A stretch of DNA of 64,000 nt, from NCBI GenBank assembly GCA_964488055.1, contig CAZATL010000003.1, positions 245 to 64,244 on the forward strand, in the 5' to 3' direction. The position numbers and the translations under genes were made by a program. This document shows, in pieces, positions 47,201 to 56,947 of this stretch; the stretch's first letter is position 1; every line of letters starts with the position of its first letter. Under the pieces are notes generated by a model. It searched no databases. It was not told the DNA's origin and was given only the letters and a program-made list of their open reading frames with translations. This DNA comes from an uncultured Gammaproteobacteria bacterium (GTDB taxonomy: Bacteria > Patescibacteriota > Microgenomatia > UBA1406 > GWC2-37-13).

Positions 47201-47496
47201 TAGTCACACAGCAACCACTTGGTGGCAAGAGTCAGATGGGTGGTCAGAGATTTGGAGAGATGGAGGTCTGGGCACTTGAAGCTCACAGAGTACCTCATGT
47301 ACTCCAAGAGATGCTTACAATCAAGTCTGACGATGTGAGAGGTAGACAGAAAGGATTTGAATCAATCATCAAGGGTATATCGATACCACAGTCATCCGTG
47401 CCAGAATCATTCAACGTTCTTGTCAAAGAACTCAATGCACTTGGTCTCGCAGTAGAGTATCTTGGTGGCGAAAAGGAAATTAACTTACTGCAATAA
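44266..47496 (+). CDS. rpoB: DNA-directed RNA polymerase subunit beta
   Basis: Signature blocks are [56 protein letters not shown] and [16 protein letters not shown]. ATG 44266 lies within the tracked ORF, which starts at TTG 44254. Confidence 0.98.
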   Translation: [1076 protein letters not shown]

Positions 47497-47536
47497 AAAA
47501 TAATAATTAATTGAAACAAAATTTCCAAAAACTCAT

Positions 47537-50500
47537 ATGGATGACCAAAAACAAAATCTCAATTTCTCAGGACTAAAGATAAGAATCGCCTCACCAGAAG
47601 ACATAAAAGAATGGTCTAAAGGCGAAGTAACAAAACCAGAGACTATAAATTACCGCACTTTCAGACCAGAGAAAGATGGTCTTTTTGATGAGCGCATATT
47701 TGGCCCAACCAAAGACTACGAATGTTACTGTGGTAAATATAAGAGAATAAGATACAAGGGTATCATCTGCGACAGATGTGGCGTCGAGGTCACAGCATCT
47801 GTTGTGAGACGTGAGAGAATGGGACACATCAAGCTCTCAACCCCAGTCGCTCATATTTGGTACTTCAAAGGTCCAAATGCACCAATATCAACTCTTCTTG
47901 AGATTCCAGCACAAATGCTTGAAAGAGTCATTTATTATGCCGCATATCTTGTGACGGGTGTTGATGTACCAAAGCAAAAAGAGGTAGTAGGTAAACTAGA
48001 ATCCATGAAAGGGACAGAGATTGCTGACGTTGAGGGACAATTTGAGAAGAAGCGTGCAGATCTGTCTGAAGATTTCACAAAACAGCGAAATGATCTGAAG
48101 AAAAAAATCTCAAAACAAGATCAGCTCCAAATCACGCTAAGTGAGGTAGATCTCAAGGAAAGAGAATCTCAAAAAAGACTGAATGATGCCTTCATCGACA
48201 GAAAAGCACAGGTCACAGCGACATATGACAGAGTGATAAAAATAGTCAAAGAGGCTAGTGTGAATACTGTCTTTGAGGAAGAAGATTATCTATTCCTAAA
48301 AGAGAAGGAACTTGACGGATTTGCAGAGGTAGGGATGGGAGCCGAAGTGCTCTACTCCATACTTGAGAAATTCGACCTGAAGGCGGCTCTTGAGAAGTGC
48401 CAAGCACTTCTTCATGAGGTGAGGGGCGAGAGAAGAACCAAAGTGCTCAAGAAAATGAGAGTGGTTGAATCATTCATAAAAAGCAACATTCAGCCAATGT
48501 GGCTCATGCTCTCGATGTTACCTGTCATTCCTCCAGACTTGAGACCTGTCGTGCAGCTATCTGGCGGGAAATTCGCTACATCAGATCTAAACGATCTTTA
48601 TAGAAGAGTAATAAATCGTAACAATCGTCTCAAGCAACTTATCGAACTCGGCGCTCCAGAGATCATTTTGCGCAACGAAAAGCGAATGCTTCAAGAGGCA
48701 GTTGACTCTCTCATCGATCTTCAAAAATCAAGAGGCAAGGCACGCGTCGTCGGATCATCTCAAGCCAAGGCTCTCAAATCACTGTCTGATATTCTTCGTG
48801 GAAAGCAGGGAAGATTCCGTCAGAATCTACTTGGTAAACGCGTTGACTACTCGGCAAGATCAACAATCACTGTTGGTCCCAACCTGAAGCTTGATCAGTG
48901 TGGATTACCCAAAGAAATGGCTCTTGAGATATTCAAGCCATTCCTTCTCCATGAGATAATGATCCAGGGCCATGCACCAAACATAAAGGCAGCCAAAAAT
49001 TTCCTTGAAGAGAAGCAGCCAGTCGTGTACGACATCCTAGAACAAGTAGTAAAAGATCACCCAATACTTCTGAACCGTGCACCAACACTTCACAAGCTAT
49101 CGATACTTGGCTTTTACCCTGTGCTCATAGATGATCACGCCATACGCCTTCATCCAACAGTCTGTGCGGGATTTAACGCTGACTTTGACGGAGATGCCAT
49201 GGGTGTATTCTTGCCGCTTTCGAAAGAGTCGATTGACGAAGTGAAAGATCGAATGCTTGCAAAACACAATCTCCTAAAGCCTGCAGACGGATCACCAATA
49301 GTCATCCCAAACAAAGAGATGGCACTTGGTGTCTACTATATGACATCAGAGGACAAGATTTATGAAAATGCAAAAGATCCAAGTCTCATGCTTTGCGAAA
49401 GCAGATACGCTGCCATAAGTCTCTATGATCTTGGTAAGATTGAGCTTCGACAGCCGATATATGTGAAGCTTGATGAGACTGCAGTCAAGACGACTGTCGG
49501 AAGAGTTCTCTTCAACAATCTTTTGCCGCCAGAATTGCAGTTTGTAAACGAAGCTGTGAAGGCATCTGATATCAAAAATCTCATCACAAGGGCGATCAAG
49601 CTCTACAACGACCACGACAAAGTTGCTACGCTCATAGACAATATCAAGTCTGTTGGTTTCTGGGCATCAACTATCGCAGGAGGTTTGTCAGTATCAGTCT
49701 TCGACTGTGCTATAGCCCCAGAGAAGGATGCTGTTCTTGAAGAAGCCCAAAATAAAATTGGTGAGATCGAAAAGAACTACCAAGATGGGCTTCTCACAGA
49801 AGATGAGAAACGCAGATACAGCAACAAACATTGGATGGAAATCACAGAAAAGCTTGCAGACTTGACATGGGACTCAATAGACGAGGAAAACCCAGTAAAG
49901 ATCATCATCAAATCAGGTGGAGCTCGTGCTTCAAGAGAGCAACTCAAGCAGCTTTCAGCTATCAAGGGACTTGTCGTCGACCCAATGGGTAAGATCATCG
50001 AAGTTCCAACAAAGTCAAACTATAGAGAAGGTCTCAACATCTTCGAATACGTCATATCAGCAAGAGGAGCCCGCAAGGGTCTCACAGACTCTGCCCTAAA
50101 GACTGCAGACGCTGGATACCTGACAAGGAGACTACACGATGTGGCACATGACATGATCATCCGCGAAAAGGAATGTGACACAACAACATATCTGATAGTA
50201 TCAAAGAGCGGCGAAAGAGGTGAGAAGTTTGGTGAAAGAATAAGAGGAAGATTTGCAGCACAGGACATAATCGTGAATGATGAGCTCGTCGTTGCAAAAA
50301 ATACACCAATCATGGACGACGTTGTCAAGACAATAGTCGGTAGTGATCTACAAAGCGTCGAGGTGTATTCACCACTCCACTGCACATGCAGACAAGGACT
50401 TTGTCAGAGATGCTATGGCATAGACCTATCGACTGGACTCATCGCGGAGATAGGCACACCAGTTGGTGTAACCGCAGCACAATCAATCGGCGAACCAGGT

Positions 50501-51301
50501 ACACAGCTTACGATGCGTGTCAGACACTTTGGAGGTATCGTCATATCTGACGTGACACAGGGCTTGCCAAGAGTCGAGGAGCTTTTTGAGACTCGAACAC
50601 CGAAGATCGTGTCACCAATCACAAGTATTAGTGGTAATGTGACGGTCATCGAAGATACAGCCAAAGACACCTATCAGCTAAAAATAGTATCAACAGATGG
50701 CGAGGAAGAAGAGTACAGAGTGCCAATGTCACAGAAACTAAAGATCAAGGATGGTGATCTTGTCGCAGCAGGAACATCATTATCTGAGGGCTATCTTGAT
50801 GTTGATGATGTACTTGCAATAAGAGGACTCATCCAGGCCCAGCAATATCTTGTTGATGAGATTCAGAAAGTGTACGAATCGCAAGGCATCGCAATCACTG
50901 ACAAGCACTTTGAGATCATAGTACGAAAGATGAGTGATAAGATCTCGATTGAGGAAGAAGGTGACACGCCACTTGTCAAAGGCGAGGTAGTATCGAGACT
51001 TAGATATGAGATGGAAAACAGGAAGGTTCTCGCACTTGGCGCAAAACCAGCGACAGGTAAGGTGATCATACTTGGCATCACAAGGGCCGCAATCTATACA
51101 GAAAGCTGGCTGTCAGCCGCATCATTCGAGCAAACAACAAGCGTGCTATCAAAAGCAGCAATCGCAGGTCAGACAGATTACTTGCTAGGACTCAAAGAGA
51201 ATGTTATAATCGGCCGTTTGATACCCGTCAATCAGTCGCTTATCGAAGAATATCATCAGAAATTCCAGAAGACGTATGCCAACAATCAACCAACTCATTA
51301 A
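47537..51301 (+). CDS. rpoC: DNA-directed RNA polymerase subunit beta'
   Basis: The N-terminal Zn-binding block is CYCGKYK...CDRCGVEV. The catalytic motif is NADFDGDAM. The product is 1254 aa. Confidence 0.98.
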   Translation: MDDQKQNLNFSGLKIRIASPEDIKEWSKGEVTKPETINYRTFRPEKDGLFDERIFGPTKDYECYCGKYKRIRYKGIICDRCGVEVTASVVRRERMGHIKLSTPVAHIWYFKGPNAPISTLLEIPAQMLERVIYYAAYLVTGVDVPKQKEVVGKLESMKGTEIADVEGQFEKKRADLSEDFTKQRNDLKKKISKQDQLQITLSEVDLKERESQKRLNDAFIDRKAQVTATYDRVIKIVKEASVNTVFEEEDYLFLKEKELDGFAEVGMGAEVLYSILEKFDLKAALEKCQALLHEVRGERRTKVLKKMRVVESFIKSNIQPMWLMLSMLPVIPPDLRPVVQLSGGKFATSDLNDLYRRVINRNNRLKQLIELGAPEIILRNEKRMLQEAVDSLIDLQKSRGKARVVGSSQAKALKSLSDILRGKQGRFRQNLLGKRVDYSARSTITVGPNLKLDQCGLPKEMALEIFKPFLLHEIMIQGHAPNIKAAKNFLEEKQPVVYDILEQVVKDHPILLNRAPTLHKLSILGFYPVLIDDHAIRLHPTVCAGFNADFDGDAMGVFLPLSKESIDEVKDRMLAKHNLLKPADGSPIVIPNKEMALGVYYMTSEDKIYENAKDPSLMLCESRYAAISLYDLGKIELRQPIYVKLDETAVKTTVGRVLFNNLLPPELQFVNEAVKASDIKNLITRAIKLYNDHDKVATLIDNIKSVGFWASTIAGGLSVSVFDCAIAPEKDAVLEEAQNKIGEIEKNYQDGLLTEDEKRRYSNKHWMEITEKLADLTWDSIDEENPVKIIIKSGGARASREQLKQLSAIKGLVVDPMGKIIEVPTKSNYREGLNIFEYVISARGARKGLTDSALKTADAGYLTRRLHDVAHDMIIREKECDTTTYLIVSKSGERGEKFGERIRGRFAAQDIIVNDELVVAKNTPIMDDVVKTIVGSDLQSVEVYSPLHCTCRQGLCQRCYGIDLSTGLIAEIGTPVGVTAAQSIGEPGTQLTMRVRHFGGIVISDVTQGLPRVEELFETRTPKIVSPITSISGNVTVIEDTAKDTYQLKIVSTDGEEEEYRVPMSQKLKIKDGDLVAAGTSLSEGYLDVDDVLAIRGLIQAQQYLVDEIQKVYESQGIAITDKHFEIIVRKMSDKISIEEEGDTPLVKGEVVSRLRYEMENRKVLALGAKPATGKVIILGITRAAIYTESWLSAASFEQTTSVLSKAAIAGQTDYLLGLKENVIIGRLIPVNQSLIEEYHQKFQKTYANNQPTH

Positions 51302-51725
51302 AAATAAACGCGGATCACGCGTTTACAAATCACGTTCAGCAGCTTTACAACTTGTTTTCAATGGTATCAAGCGCAGATATGTACCCACCTTGAATCCTTT
51401 CAAAAGAGGTGTATGCACTGTCGTAAGAACAATGACACCAAAAAAACCAAACTCTGCACTACGCAAGGTGGCACGTGTCAGACTATCAAATAAACAAGAA
51501 GTAACAGCATACATACAAGGCATTGGTCACAATCTAGCGGAGCACTCTATCGTGCTTGTAAGAGGTGGACGTGTGAAGGACTTGCCTGGAGTGAAGTACC
51601 ACATAGTGCGTGGCAAATTCGACACACAGGGTGTATCGACACAGGGCACGCCATCAGCCAAAGACCCAAGACGCCAAAGTAGAAGTAAGTACGGAACAAA
51701 AAGACCAAAAGCAGCAAAAAGTTAG
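51276..51725 (+). CDS. rpsL: 30S ribosomal protein S12
   Basis: It carries [47 protein letters not shown] and SKYGTKRPK. The start overlaps the rpoC 3' end by 26 nt. Confidence 0.97.
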   Translation: MPTINQLIKNKRGSRVYKSRSAALQLVFNGIKRRYVPTLNPFKRGVCTVVRTMTPKKPNSALRKVARVRLSNKQEVTAYIQGIGHNLAEHSIVLVRGGRVKDLPGVKYHIVRGKFDTQGVSTQGTPSAKDPRRQSRSKYGTKRPKAAKS

Positions 51726-51771
51726 CAGTAACTAGATTATCTTTCATGTCTCAATTTATTTTGAGATTGAA

Positions 51772-51850
51772 CGTTTCCCAAAGAGTAGCCCTGCAAACGG
51801 CGAATTATTAATAAAGTTATTTGGGAAACGCAGACTTTCTCGTTTGCAGG
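51772..51850 (+). promoter_or_regulatory. Structured rpsL-rpsG intercistronic element with interleaved perfect pairings (pseudoknot topology)
   Basis: A cgtttcccaaa (51772-51782) pairs with A' tttgggaaacg (51820-51830), 11 bp. B cctgcaaacg (51790-51799) pairs with B' cgtttgcagg (51841-51850), 10 bp. The order is A-B-A'-B'. A T7 run follows at 51857-51863, and the rpsG ATG is at 51871. Confidence 0.55.
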
Positions 51851-51870
51851 TGTAAATTTTTTTATTTCAT

Positions 51871-52344
51871 ATGCCAAGACGTTCTTATAAAAGACGCAAC
51901 CCTGGAGCAGATCCTGTCTACGACAGTATCGAAGTTGCCAAACTCATAAATTACATAATGATAGACGGCAAAAAGACTGTAGCCGAAAAGATAGTCTATG
52001 ATGTAATGGAAAAACTTAAGGAAGTTGAAAAAGATCCTGTGAAAGCATTGACTCGCGCTGTTGCAAACACATCGCCACAGATGGAGGTCAGACCTCGCAG
52101 ATTAGGAGGCGCTTCGTATATGGTGCCGACTGAAGTCAGAAGAGAGCGCAAACTTTTCCTCGCCCTAAACTGGATAGTAGAGGGAGCAAGAGTAAGATCG
52201 AGTAAGGAATATAAGTCATTTGCTGATAAGCTTTATGTGGAGCTCAAAGACGCTATCCAAGGAGTCGGTGGAGCAGTCAGCAAGAAGTCATCAGTCGAAA
52301 AGCAAGCAGAGCAAAACAAAGCATTCGCCCACTTGAAGTGGTAA
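51871..52344 (+). CDS. rpsG: 30S ribosomal protein S7
   Basis: It starts MPRRSYKRR and carries EVRPRRLGGASYMVPTEVR. At 157 aa, it follows rpsL as in the str operon. Confidence 0.97.
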   Translation: MPRRSYKRRNPGADPVYDSIEVAKLINYIMIDGKKTVAEKIVYDVMEKLKEVEKDPVKALTRAVANTSPQMEVRPRRLGGASYMVPTEVRRERKLFLALNWIVEGARVRSSKEYKSFADKLYVELKDAIQGVGGAVSKKSSVEKQAEQNKAFAHLKW

Positions 52345-52353
52345 ACCTACGGA

Positions 52354-52468
52354 AATTTCTAATTACTAATTTCTAATTTCCAAACAAAAACCAAAGAATG
52401 CGCTCTAACTTTGCTCAAGATAACTTAAATTTATTTAGTAATTAGAACAATTAGGTCAATTAGAAATT
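52354..52468. repeat. AT-rich heptamer arrays of opposite polarity in the rpsG-fusA spacer
   Basis: The first block reads aatttct aattact aatttct aatttcc (52354-52381). The second reads agtaatt agaacaatt aggtcaatt agaaatt (52437-52468). ttctaattact (52357-52367) is perfectly complementary to agtaattagaa (52437-52447). Confidence 0.75.
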
Positions 52469-52500
52469 AAATTTCAGCAATTCGTAATTTGTAATTAATT

Positions 52501-54600
52501 ATGGCTACTCAACCAGTCAAAACCTCAAATCGTAATGTCGCGTCAGAAAAGATAAGAAATTTCGGTGTGATCGCCCACATAGACTCTGGCAAAACAACCA
52601 CTTCAGAGAGAATACTCTTTTACACAGGAAGAACTTACAAAATAGGCGATATTGACGAGGGCAATACACAGCTTGACTGGATGGAACAGGAGAAAGAGCG
52701 TGGCATTACCATAGTGTCTGCAGCTACAACTACCTTCTGGAAAGGCTACAGATTCAATCTGATTGACACTCCCGGACACGTTGACTTCACAGCAGAGGTC
52801 GAAAGATCACTCCGCGTACTTGACGGTGGCATAGTGGTATTTGATGCAGAAGAGGGAGTGCAGTCACAATCAGAGACTGTATGGCGACAGGCAGATAAAT
52901 ACAAAGTGCCAAGAATTGTATTCATAAACAAAATGGACAAACTTGGTGCTGATTTCGAGGGCACTCTTCAAGAGATATCAGATAGACTCGGATCAAATCC
53001 AGTTGCACTTACCTATCCTATAGGTAAGGAGAGTGATTTCAAAGGCTTGATCCATCTAGTTGACATGAAGGCTATTATCTATGACAAGAATGAGGATGGC
53101 ACAGAATACACAGTGACAGATGAAATCCCACAAGAACTTGTATCAAAAGTGAAAGAATTCAGAGCCAAACTAGTTGAGAAGGTGGCAGAGACTGATGACG
53201 CACTTCTTGAGAAGTTCCTAAATGGTCAAGAGGTAGGAAATGACGAGCTCAAAGCTGCACTTCGTAGAGCAACAGTCGCGTACAAGATTGTCCCAACTTT
53301 CTGTGGCACATCACTTCGTAACAAAGGTGTCCAGCCAGTGCTTGACGCAGTCATCGACTATCTGCCATCCCCTGCCGACCTTGAGAAAGTCACGGGTCTC
53401 AATCCCCACGATCCAGAAAAGTCAGAGGAAAGAAAACTTATAAATGATGAGAAATTCTCTGCTCTGTCTTTCAAAATACAGCTTGATCCACACGTCGGAA
53501 AGATCACCTATACAAGAATATACTCAGGTGTACTAGAGTCTGGCAGCTATGTGCACAATGTAAACAGAAACATAAATGAAAGAGTCTCACGCATCATGCT
53601 CATGCATGCAAATAGTCGCGAAGAGATTGATACTGCATATGCTGGTGAAATAGTGGCACTCGTTGGACCGAAAGACACAAGAACTGGCGATACTCTTGCT
53701 GACGAAAACTATCCACTCCTACTTGAGCAGATCACATTCCCAGAGCCAGTCATCTCACTTGCTATAGAGCCAAAGACAAAAGCCGATCAAGAAAAGCTTG
53801 GACTTTGTCTCCAGAGACTAGCTGAAGAGGACCCAACATTCAGAGTCAAGGTCAATCACGAGACTGGACAGACCATCATGTCAGGTATGGGAGAGCTGCA
53901 TCTTGAAATACTTGTCGACCGCATGAAACGCGAAATGGCAATGGATGCAAATGTTGGGAAGCCACAAGTTGCTTATAAAGAGACTGTCCAAAAACCAGCT
54001 AGTGCAGAAGCAAAATACATCAAGCAAACTGGCGGTCGAGGCCAATATGGACACGTCATTGCGTCTATCAAGCCACAGGCACGCGGTGAAGGCTTCAAAT
54101 TTACAAACGTAGTCAAGGGTGGTCACATACCAAATGAATACATAGGCTCTGTCGAAAAAGGTGTGAAAGAATCACTTGAGAAGGGTGTGCTCCTTGGATT
54201 CCCAATGGTTGATCTTGAGTTTATACTCGAGGATGGGTCATATCATGAAGTAGACTCATCTGACATCGCATTCAAGATAGCTGGATCTATGGCTCTAGTT
54301 GATGCATGTAAGAATGCAGGCATCTCGCTCCTGGAGCCTATCATGAAGCTCGAGATCAATGTCCCTGACGAATTCATGGGCACAGTCATAGGCGACATCT
54401 CGTCCAAGAGAGGTCGTGTCTCAACCACAGAGAAAAAGGGCAAAACAACAATCATAAAGGCACTCGCGCCACTTGCCGAACTCTCGGGATACGTGACGAC
54501 GCTTCGCTCACTTACTCAAGGACGAGGTACATCGTACATGGAGCCCAGTCACTATGAGGAGGTCCCACAAGCGATAGTTCGCGCCATGCAAGATAAATAA
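52501..54600 (+). CDS. fusA: Translation elongation factor G
   Basis: GTPase motifs are AHIDSGKTT, DTPGHVDF and NKMD. The full-length product is 699 aa. Confidence 0.97.
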   Translation: MATQPVKTSNRNVASEKIRNFGVIAHIDSGKTTTSERILFYTGRTYKIGDIDEGNTQLDWMEQEKERGITIVSAATTTFWKGYRFNLIDTPGHVDFTAEVERSLRVLDGGIVVFDAEEGVQSQSETVWRQADKYKVPRIVFINKMDKLGADFEGTLQEISDRLGSNPVALTYPIGKESDFKGLIHLVDMKAIIYDKNEDGTEYTVTDEIPQELVSKVKEFRAKLVEKVAETDDALLEKFLNGQEVGNDELKAALRRATVAYKIVPTFCGTSLRNKGVQPVLDAVIDYLPSPADLEKVTGLNPHDPEKSEERKLINDEKFSALSFKIQLDPHVGKITYTRIYSGVLESGSYVHNVNRNINERVSRIMLMHANSREEIDTAYAGEIVALVGPKDTRTGDTLADENYPLLLEQITFPEPVISLAIEPKTKADQEKLGLCLQRLAEEDPTFRVKVNHETGQTIMSGMGELHLEILVDRMKREMAMDANVGKPQVAYKETVQKPASAEAKYIKQTGGRGQYGHVIASIKPQARGEGFKFTNVVKGGHIPNEYIGSVEKGVKESLEKGVLLGFPMVDLEFILEDGSYHEVDSSDIAFKIAGSMALVDACKNAGISLLEPIMKLEINVPDEFMGTVIGDISSKRGRVSTTEKKGKTTIIKALAPLAELSGYVTTLRSLTQGRGTSYMEPSHYEEVPQAIVRAMQDK

Positions 54601-54601
54601 T

Positions 54602-54874
54602 ATGAGCCAACAAGAAAAATTCAGATCAAGACGAGAATTTCTTTTTGGTGTAGCAGCTGCCACTACTGATGCAGCGTTTGCGACAGGAAGTGGAGTACTT
54701 GGAACAGTGTGTGCTTGTGTTTCAAAAAATGAGGTCGCAAACAATAAGCCAACTATAGCAAGTAGAACAATTGGTGTTCTTAGTCTTGTTGGATCAGGAA
54801 TGTTATTTACTTCAGCCAGTGTATTAGCTTTAAGAACGAAAAAAAGAGTGGATGACATGAGGAATCGCAGATAA
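54602..54874 (+). CDS. Small protein with twin-arginine-like signal (SRREFLF) and C-terminal TM plus basic tail
   Basis: The ATG lies 1 nt after the fusA stop. The product starts MSQQEKFRSRREFLFGVAAATTDAAFA and ends IGVLSLVGSGMLFTSASVLALRTKKR. Whether it is coding is not proven. Confidence 0.45.
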   Translation: MSQQEKFRSRREFLFGVAAATTDAAFATGSGVLGTVCACVSKNEVANNKPTIASRTIGVLSLVGSGMLFTSASVLALRTKKRVDDMRNRR

Positions 54875-54906
54875 TTGTGCATTAAATCCAATATTGACAA
54901 ACATCT

Positions 54907-55569
54907 ATGTCACTTGTAACAATCTCTGATACTCATCTCACGAATCACTTCGATCAAAGGAAGTATGACAAGCTAAAATCAGTCATAGAGTCTGCAGACA
55001 AAGTGGTGCTAAATGGTGACTTCTGGGACGGATATGAGGTAGACTTTGACTCATTCTACAAGTCAAAATGGAGAGACCTCTTTCTTCTTCTCAAATCAAA
55101 AAACACTGTCTATCTTTTTGGCAATCACGACAAAAAGGAGTTTTCTGACGACAGAATATTTGAGTTTTGTGATATCGCAGAGCAAAAGCAAATTGTCGAG
55201 TACGCAGGAAAAAAATTAATTTTCGAACATGGAGACAAACACGTTATGAAGCTTGACGGAAAACTCGGTATAAATAGGCCAGACCAGTGGCAAAGCAATA
55301 TCACAGAGTTTCTGCAGGCTACCTTCATAAAAATATTCGGACTTCGGGGCTTCTCGATGTTGTTTGGCAGAATGAATGGAAAGCTGAAAGAGATCGTTAT
55401 GAGCCAAAATCCAGACGCAAATATGATATTTTTCTTTGGACATGTACATGTGGCAGAGATTGATCTAGAGAGTCATTTTGTAAATAGTGGAATCTTCAAT
55501 TATGGCTTCGCACAGCACGTCATTGTCACAGACAGCGGGGAAATAATGGCTGTGGATGAAAAATACTAG
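54907..55569 (+). CDS. Calcineurin-like metallophosphoesterase
   Basis: Its motifs are ISDTHL, LNGDFWD, GNHD, EHGD and GHVH. Confidence 0.75.
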   Translation: MSLVTISDTHLTNHFDQRKYDKLKSVIESADKVVLNGDFWDGYEVDFDSFYKSKWRDLFLLLKSKNTVYLFGNHDKKEFSDDRIFEFCDIAEQKQIVEYAGKKLIFEHGDKHVMKLDGKLGINRPDQWQSNITEFLQATFIKIFGLRGFSMLFGRMNGKLKEIVMSQNPDANMIFFFGHVHVAEIDLESHFVNSGIFNYGFAQHVIVTDSGEIMAVDEKY

Positions 55570-55570
55570 G

Positions 55571-55648
55571 TCAATTCTCAATTTGCAATTCTCAATTTTC
55601 AAGTAATATAAAAGCCAATTGCCAACTACCAATGACAATTACCAAGTA
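55571..55648. repeat. Two tandem heptamer arrays (TCAATTY x4, then RCCAAYT x4-5) between convergent genes
   Basis: The first reads tcaattc tcaattt gcaattc tcaattt (55571-55598). The second reads gccaatt gccaact accaatg acaatt accaagt (55614-55647). Confidence 0.8.
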
Positions 55649-55791
55649 ATTAAAAATTTTAATTATCAACTGTCAATTGTAAATTAGTGAAAAAAAATTC
55701 AAACAATAAGATGTGCAAAGATTTGCTTGACAGTAGTCATTATAAATTGAAAGTTAGTTACAATTGACTCTTGAAGATTCCTTAGCAATTG

Positions 55792-56448
55792 TCATTGAAT
55801 ATTGGTTATTGACTTAGTGCATTTCCACAGCGGGCATTTCGGGCAATTTTTGCAGTTTGCGGGACAATATTCACGACCATATTGTATTAGTCGTAGCGTA
55901 AGACCGCTCCAATCTTCTTTTGGAAAAATTTCCATCAAATCCTTCTCTATTTTGACCGGGTCTTTTTCTTTTGTAAGTCCGTATTTTTTAGCTAATCTTT
56001 TGACATGAGTATCGACAGCTATCCCTTCGCTTATTCCATACAGTTCTGACAGGACAACATTTGCCGTCTTTCTGCCCACTCCAGGCAGCTCAACAAGCTC
56101 TGCAATGTTCTCTGGTATCATACCCCCATATTTGTCTTTTAAGATTGTTGCTGTCGCAATAATATTCTTTGCTTTGGTCTTATAAAGACCTACAGACGAT
56201 ATATCATTGCAACACCTTTCATAATTGGCGCTTGCGAAATCATCAAGCGATTTGTACTTTTGGAACAGAACTTTTGTCACTCTATTTACCTGCTTGTCTG
56301 TGGTCTGTGCTGACATAATAACAGCAAACAAGAACTCGTATGGCTTACTGTAGTTTAGCGCCGACTCGATATCTGGATAAATTTCATTTAGTACTCTGGC
56401 GATGCAGTTTGCCAGTCTCATAAGAGAAACATGTTTATCTGGTTTCAT
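55792..56448 (-). CDS. nth: Endonuclease III (DNA glycosylase/AP lyase)
   Basis: The HhH-GPD block is LVELPGVGRKTANVVL...AVDTHV. The C-terminal Fe-S Cys cluster is CPANCKNCPKCPLWKC. Confidence 0.92.
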   Translation of the reverse strand: MKPDKHVSLMRLANCIARVLNEIYPDIESALNYSKPYEFLFAVIMSAQTTDKQVNRVTKVLFQKYKSLDDFASANYERCCNDISSVGLYKTKAKNIIATATILKDKYGGMIPENIAELVELPGVGRKTANVVLSELYGISEGIAVDTHVKRLAKKYGLTKEKDPVKIEKDLMEIFPKEDWSGLTLRLIQYGREYCPANCKNCPKCPLWKCTKSITNIQ

Positions 56449-56452
56449 ATTT

Positions 56453-56905
56453 CTACCAAATACATCCAGCTTTGATGGAGTCTATCCTTATGCTTAGAAG
56501 TTGATCGAGTACATTCCCACATTTGTCCTCGATTGTGGCACCAGATGAAGCCTCTTTTGTATTTACAATACTCGCCAAATTACTACTCTTACCATTCAAG
56601 CATGCTTTGAGGTTGTCGAGTCTTTCACAGGCTGTAAATCCTCCCACCGTCCCACTAGGAAGTGCTGCGGGATTATCTGGATTGACTGGTGCGAAAGTGA
56701 CTACTACTTCGTCCTCGATCTGTGACTTCTCTACTCCAGACTTTGCGAAGCCTGTCTGCCGACTCATAACTCTCATCGCAAAAAAATACACAAGAGCCGC
56801 ACTAAAAATAGCAGCAACAAATATGAGAAGCGTTATGAATATTTTGTGGTGTGATTTCATAAAAATAATTTTTTGCAAAAGCATCGCATCATTGCGATCG
56901 GCCAT
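56453..56905 (-). CDS. Hypothetical single-pass membrane protein
   Basis: It has a TM (IFITLLIFVAAIFSAALVYFFA) and a roughly 100-aa Cys-containing ectodomain. Its stop is 4 nt before the nth start. The start is ambiguous (56905 or 56860). Confidence 0.5.
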   Translation of the reverse strand: MADRNDAMLLQKIIFMKSHHKIFITLLIFVAAIFSAALVYFFAMRVMSRQTGFAKSGVEKSQIEDEVVVTFAPVNPDNPAALPSGTVGGFTACERLDNLKACLNGKSSNLASIVNTKEASSGATIEDKCGNVLDQLLSIRIDSIKAGCIW

Positions 56906-56947
56906 TGGTCGAGTGGTAATCTATAAAGCAATTTTACTTTTCTTTAC

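Noticed and set aside
44544-51081. Numerous 60-125-aa ORFs antisense to or out of frame within rpoB and rpoC (for example 46329-46703 and 50020-50385)
   Set aside because: They lie entirely inside highly conserved genes, have low-complexity Ser/Thr/Pro-rich translations and have no independent start signals. They are shadow ORFs.
54508-54900. A 130-aa minus-strand ORF opposite the fusA-coupled mini-ORF
   Set aside because: It would overlap the conserved 3' end of fusA by about 90 nt and it has no motif. The plus-strand ORF is start-stop coupled to fusA and has signal-like features, although its own coding status is also unproven.
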